Below, piece by piece: positions 63,575 to 64,000 of a stretch of DNA of 64,000 nucleotides. How positions within the stretch are numbered: the stretch's first letter is position 1; every line of letters starts with the position of its first letter. Below the pieces are notes generated by a model that was given only the letters and a program-made list of their open reading frames with translations, did no database searches and was not told where the DNA came from. Origin of the DNA: Vicugna vicugna. Its lineage: Eukaryota. Location of the stretch: the NCBI GenBank assembly GCA_013265495.1, contig MU058636.1, positions 3,521,967 to 3,585,966 of the forward strand, written 5' to 3'. A program made the translations under genes and the position numbers.

Positions 63575-63580
63575 ATTAAA
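63575..63580 (+). terminator. Candidate polyadenylation signal ATTAAA in the USPL1 3' UTR
   Basis: Variant PAS with several upstream TGTA motifs and T/GT-rich sequence downstream. I saw no AATAAA between the stop and the window end. Confidence 0.45.
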
Positions 63581-64000
63581 TTTTTACATTTTAAATTTTA
63601 GTTATGTAAGTTCGAGAAAAACACTAGTTGATCCAAACAAATTCATTGTGTAAGATATATGAATGTGTGACTTTTGTAATGGTTCTGTGGTCTATATAGG
63701 AGCCCAGGCCTGTTTCTTGTGCTGGTAGAGTGGTGTGGAATGTGAACTCCCCTGTACAACTTGTCTCCTCTTTCTTCCTTATAAAAGATGGAAGGAAACT
63801 TGTTTCTACAACTTTATATAATGTTAAATGATCAGAAAATGATCTATAACAAGAAAAAGTAATTTATTTTTGTGTTGATGTGCTAAGAGTTTACGTTATA
63901 AGTATCATCTTTCTCCCCCAAGACATTTATTTCTGTAACCGAGGTGGGTCACCATCCAGCAGTTAGCTTGGGGAGAAAATAATAGCCAGTGCATGTAAGG

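Larger units (their letters stand above)
34590..63610 (+). other. USPL1: USPL1 gene span (9 exons; 5' and 3' ends approximate)
   Basis: Eight GT-AG-flanked coding exons with compatible phases sum to 3273 nt (1090 aa + stop). The translation matches the USPL1 family (MMDSPKIGNG..., QWKNxxALCWLDC, NNHFITW, WLECDDL). Confidence 0.95.

Overview
Mammalian genomic DNA, probably camelid (camel/alpaca/llama), judging by tRNA-derived Vic-1-like SINEs, camelid-type L1 3' ends and no recognisable Alu or Bov-tA. The right half holds an apparently complete, intact USPL1 gene (SUMO isopeptidase) on the + strand. It has a CpG-island promoter with a non-coding exon 1 (~34.0-34.7 kb) and eight coding exons (37844-63291) that splice to 3273 nt / 1090 aa, with the catalytic triad C236/H456/D472. 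The left ~34 kb has no credible coding sequence and is dense in old transposons (L2, MIR, MLT1 LTRs, MER20/MER58/MER3, Tigger, L1M). By mammalian synteny it may be the first intron of a distal-promoter HMGB1 transcript on the - strand. There is no CRISPR array, rRNA or genuine tRNA. The best candidates for something undescribed are (i) a structured element just downstream of the ATG-containing exon 2, with Sm-site-like motifs and a perfect 13-bp stem carrying a donor-like loop and an AATAAA, which could form an snRNP-sensing feedback switch, and (ii) a DHNY HCF-1-binding-type motif in the USPL1 tail. Both are hypotheses. Repeat family names were assigned by eye and their boundaries are approximate.
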